A stretch of 44,339 nt of DNA, from IMG/VR virus record IMGVR_UViG_2923286960_000001. One strand, given 5' to 3'. This document shows positions 43,423 through 44,339 of the stretch, one piece after another. The DNA comes from a virus (lineage: Duplodnaviria; Heunggongvirae; Uroviricota; Caudoviricetes). Each line of letters starts with the position of its first letter. Position 1 is the first letter of the stretch. Both the position numbers and the translations under genes were made by a program. Under the pieces are notes generated by a model. It did no database searches, had not been told where the DNA came from, and worked only from the letters and a program-made list of their open reading frames with translations.

Positions 43423-44082
43423 CCCTGAAGCGGAAAACATTACTACAGTACCTTGAACCTTGGTTTTAACATTCTCGAAATGCTCTGAGAGTATATGTGT
43501 TAAGCCTTCTTCGGAATCTTTTGTGTTTGAAAAGATGCCTTTCTGATTGTAAATGCGCATCAGTTTTTGACCGAAGCTATTGTGCACAACTCCATCGCCA
43601 AGAATTGTGGCTCCGTATAGAGTTCCATCGTCAGTTAAGGCCTGCGCCGCATTGCGTATTACACAGCTTTTTGTAGATATATTTCCAGGCAGGCAGTGAA
43701 GAAGGTAAAACATGGAAATGGAATCAAATTGACCATGTAACGCCGCGGGATAAGGTTCAAAAACATCATGGCTAATTTTATGTTTAATTTTTGATTCCCC
43801 AGCCCTTGTAGATGCCGCGTTCAGGCTAGCTTCGTTCAAATCCATTAAAGATATCAGACTACTCTCAGGTACGTGAGTAAGGTAAAACCCAGTTCCAACA
43901 CCAATATCCAGATGGTTGTTACCTAAATGTTCCAGAAAGTGTGGAAGAAGGTGTTCCTTTGTAGGACATCCCCATGCAAGCCGATTTGATACTCCCAAAA
44001 CCCACCAGTCATAAAGCTTTAGGGTAAGTGGTGTGTAAATTTTAGCCCCATCATCTGTGTTTTTTTTCATTAATTTCACCAT
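43414..44082 (-). CDS. class I SAM-dependent methyltransferase
   Basis: 222 aa with motif I LDIGVGTGFY and downstream acidic residue; low GC; opposite strand to the tail genes. Confidence 0.75.
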   Translation of the reverse strand: MVKLMKKNTDDGAKIYTPLTLKLYDWWVLGVSNRLAWGCPTKEHLLPHFLEHLGNNHLDIGVGTGFYLTHVPESSLISLMDLNEASLNAASTRAGESKIKHKISHDVFEPYPAALHGQFDSISMFYLLHCLPGNISTKSCVIRNAAQALTDDGTLYGATILGDGVVHNSFGQKLMRIYNQKGIFSNTKDSEEGLTHILSEHFENVKTKVQGTVVMFSASGKK

Positions 44083-44138
44083 GTTATAGTTTTATTTGTG
44101 AATTAAATCAATTATGGCGATGAATTACAAGGGGTTAA

Positions 44139-44339
44139 ATGCTGCCGCAGCATAGCGATATTGAAATAGCCTGGTATGCTTCGATACAGCAGGAGCCGAA
44201 TGGCTGGAAGACCGTCACCACACAGTTCTACATCCAGGAATTCAGTGAGTATATTGCGCCACTGCAGGATGCTGGGAAATCGCAACGGAGGAAGAAAGAT
44301 CGTTGCTGGAGGCATGGAATAAATATCGGGTATTGTTGA
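44139..44339 (+). CDS. tfa-like gene, truncated by the window end and apparently frameshifted
   Basis: ...EYIAPLQDAGKS in one frame and EIATEEERSLLEAWNKYRVLL in the next correspond to lambda Tfa ...[30 protein letters not shown]...; about 8 nt missing around 44270. Confidence 0.45.
   Translation: MLPQHSDIEIAWYASIQQEPNGWKTVTTQFYIQEFSEYIAPLQDAGKSQRRKKDRCWRHGINIGYC

Overview
The whole window is one lambdoid prophage of an enterobacterial (E. coli/Shigella-like) host, read from the integrase end. All homology calls are from reading the translations and recalling known phage proteins; no database search was run. Order, left to right: int/xis (1-1391, minus strand); an early-left operon resembling KplE1/CPS-53 yfdT-S-R-Q-P (1391-3965); a 460-bp GC-rich structured non-coding block; an AT-rich accessory island flanking a candidate OL operator, holding an orphan 167-aa protein and a 358-aa ParA/MinD-like ATPase at the position lambda uses for rexAB; a LexA-like CI repressor, operators and Cro-like gene (6701-7775); CII-like, O-like initiator with internal iterons, PerC-like, a LexA DNA-binding-domain-only protein, RusA, KilA-N, DUF968 and Q; a DLP12-like porin moron, then S21-type holin, SAR endolysin, Rz/Rz1 and Bor; cos at about 17170; and a near-lambda morphogenesis block Nu1 through J, lom and stf (17358-41924). 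Three morphogenesis genes are broken: single extra G in poly-G runs of terminase A and tape-measure H, and a 2.7-kb IS66-family element with 8-bp target duplication inside major tail gene V. As read, the prophage looks tail/packaging-defective, unless the two frameshifts are homopolymer sequencing errors. Distal to stf is a low-GC mosaic cassette: new fibre C-terminus, 93-aa ORF, a short protein with a tail-fibre intramolecular chaperone domain, a small membrane protein, two tfa 3' remnants and a reverse-strand SAM methyltransferase. The best candidates for an undescribed function are the ParA-like ATPase and 167-aa orphan in the immunity region, the truncated LexA paralogue, and the distal tail-fibre cassette. 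No CRISPR array, rRNA or tRNA was found.
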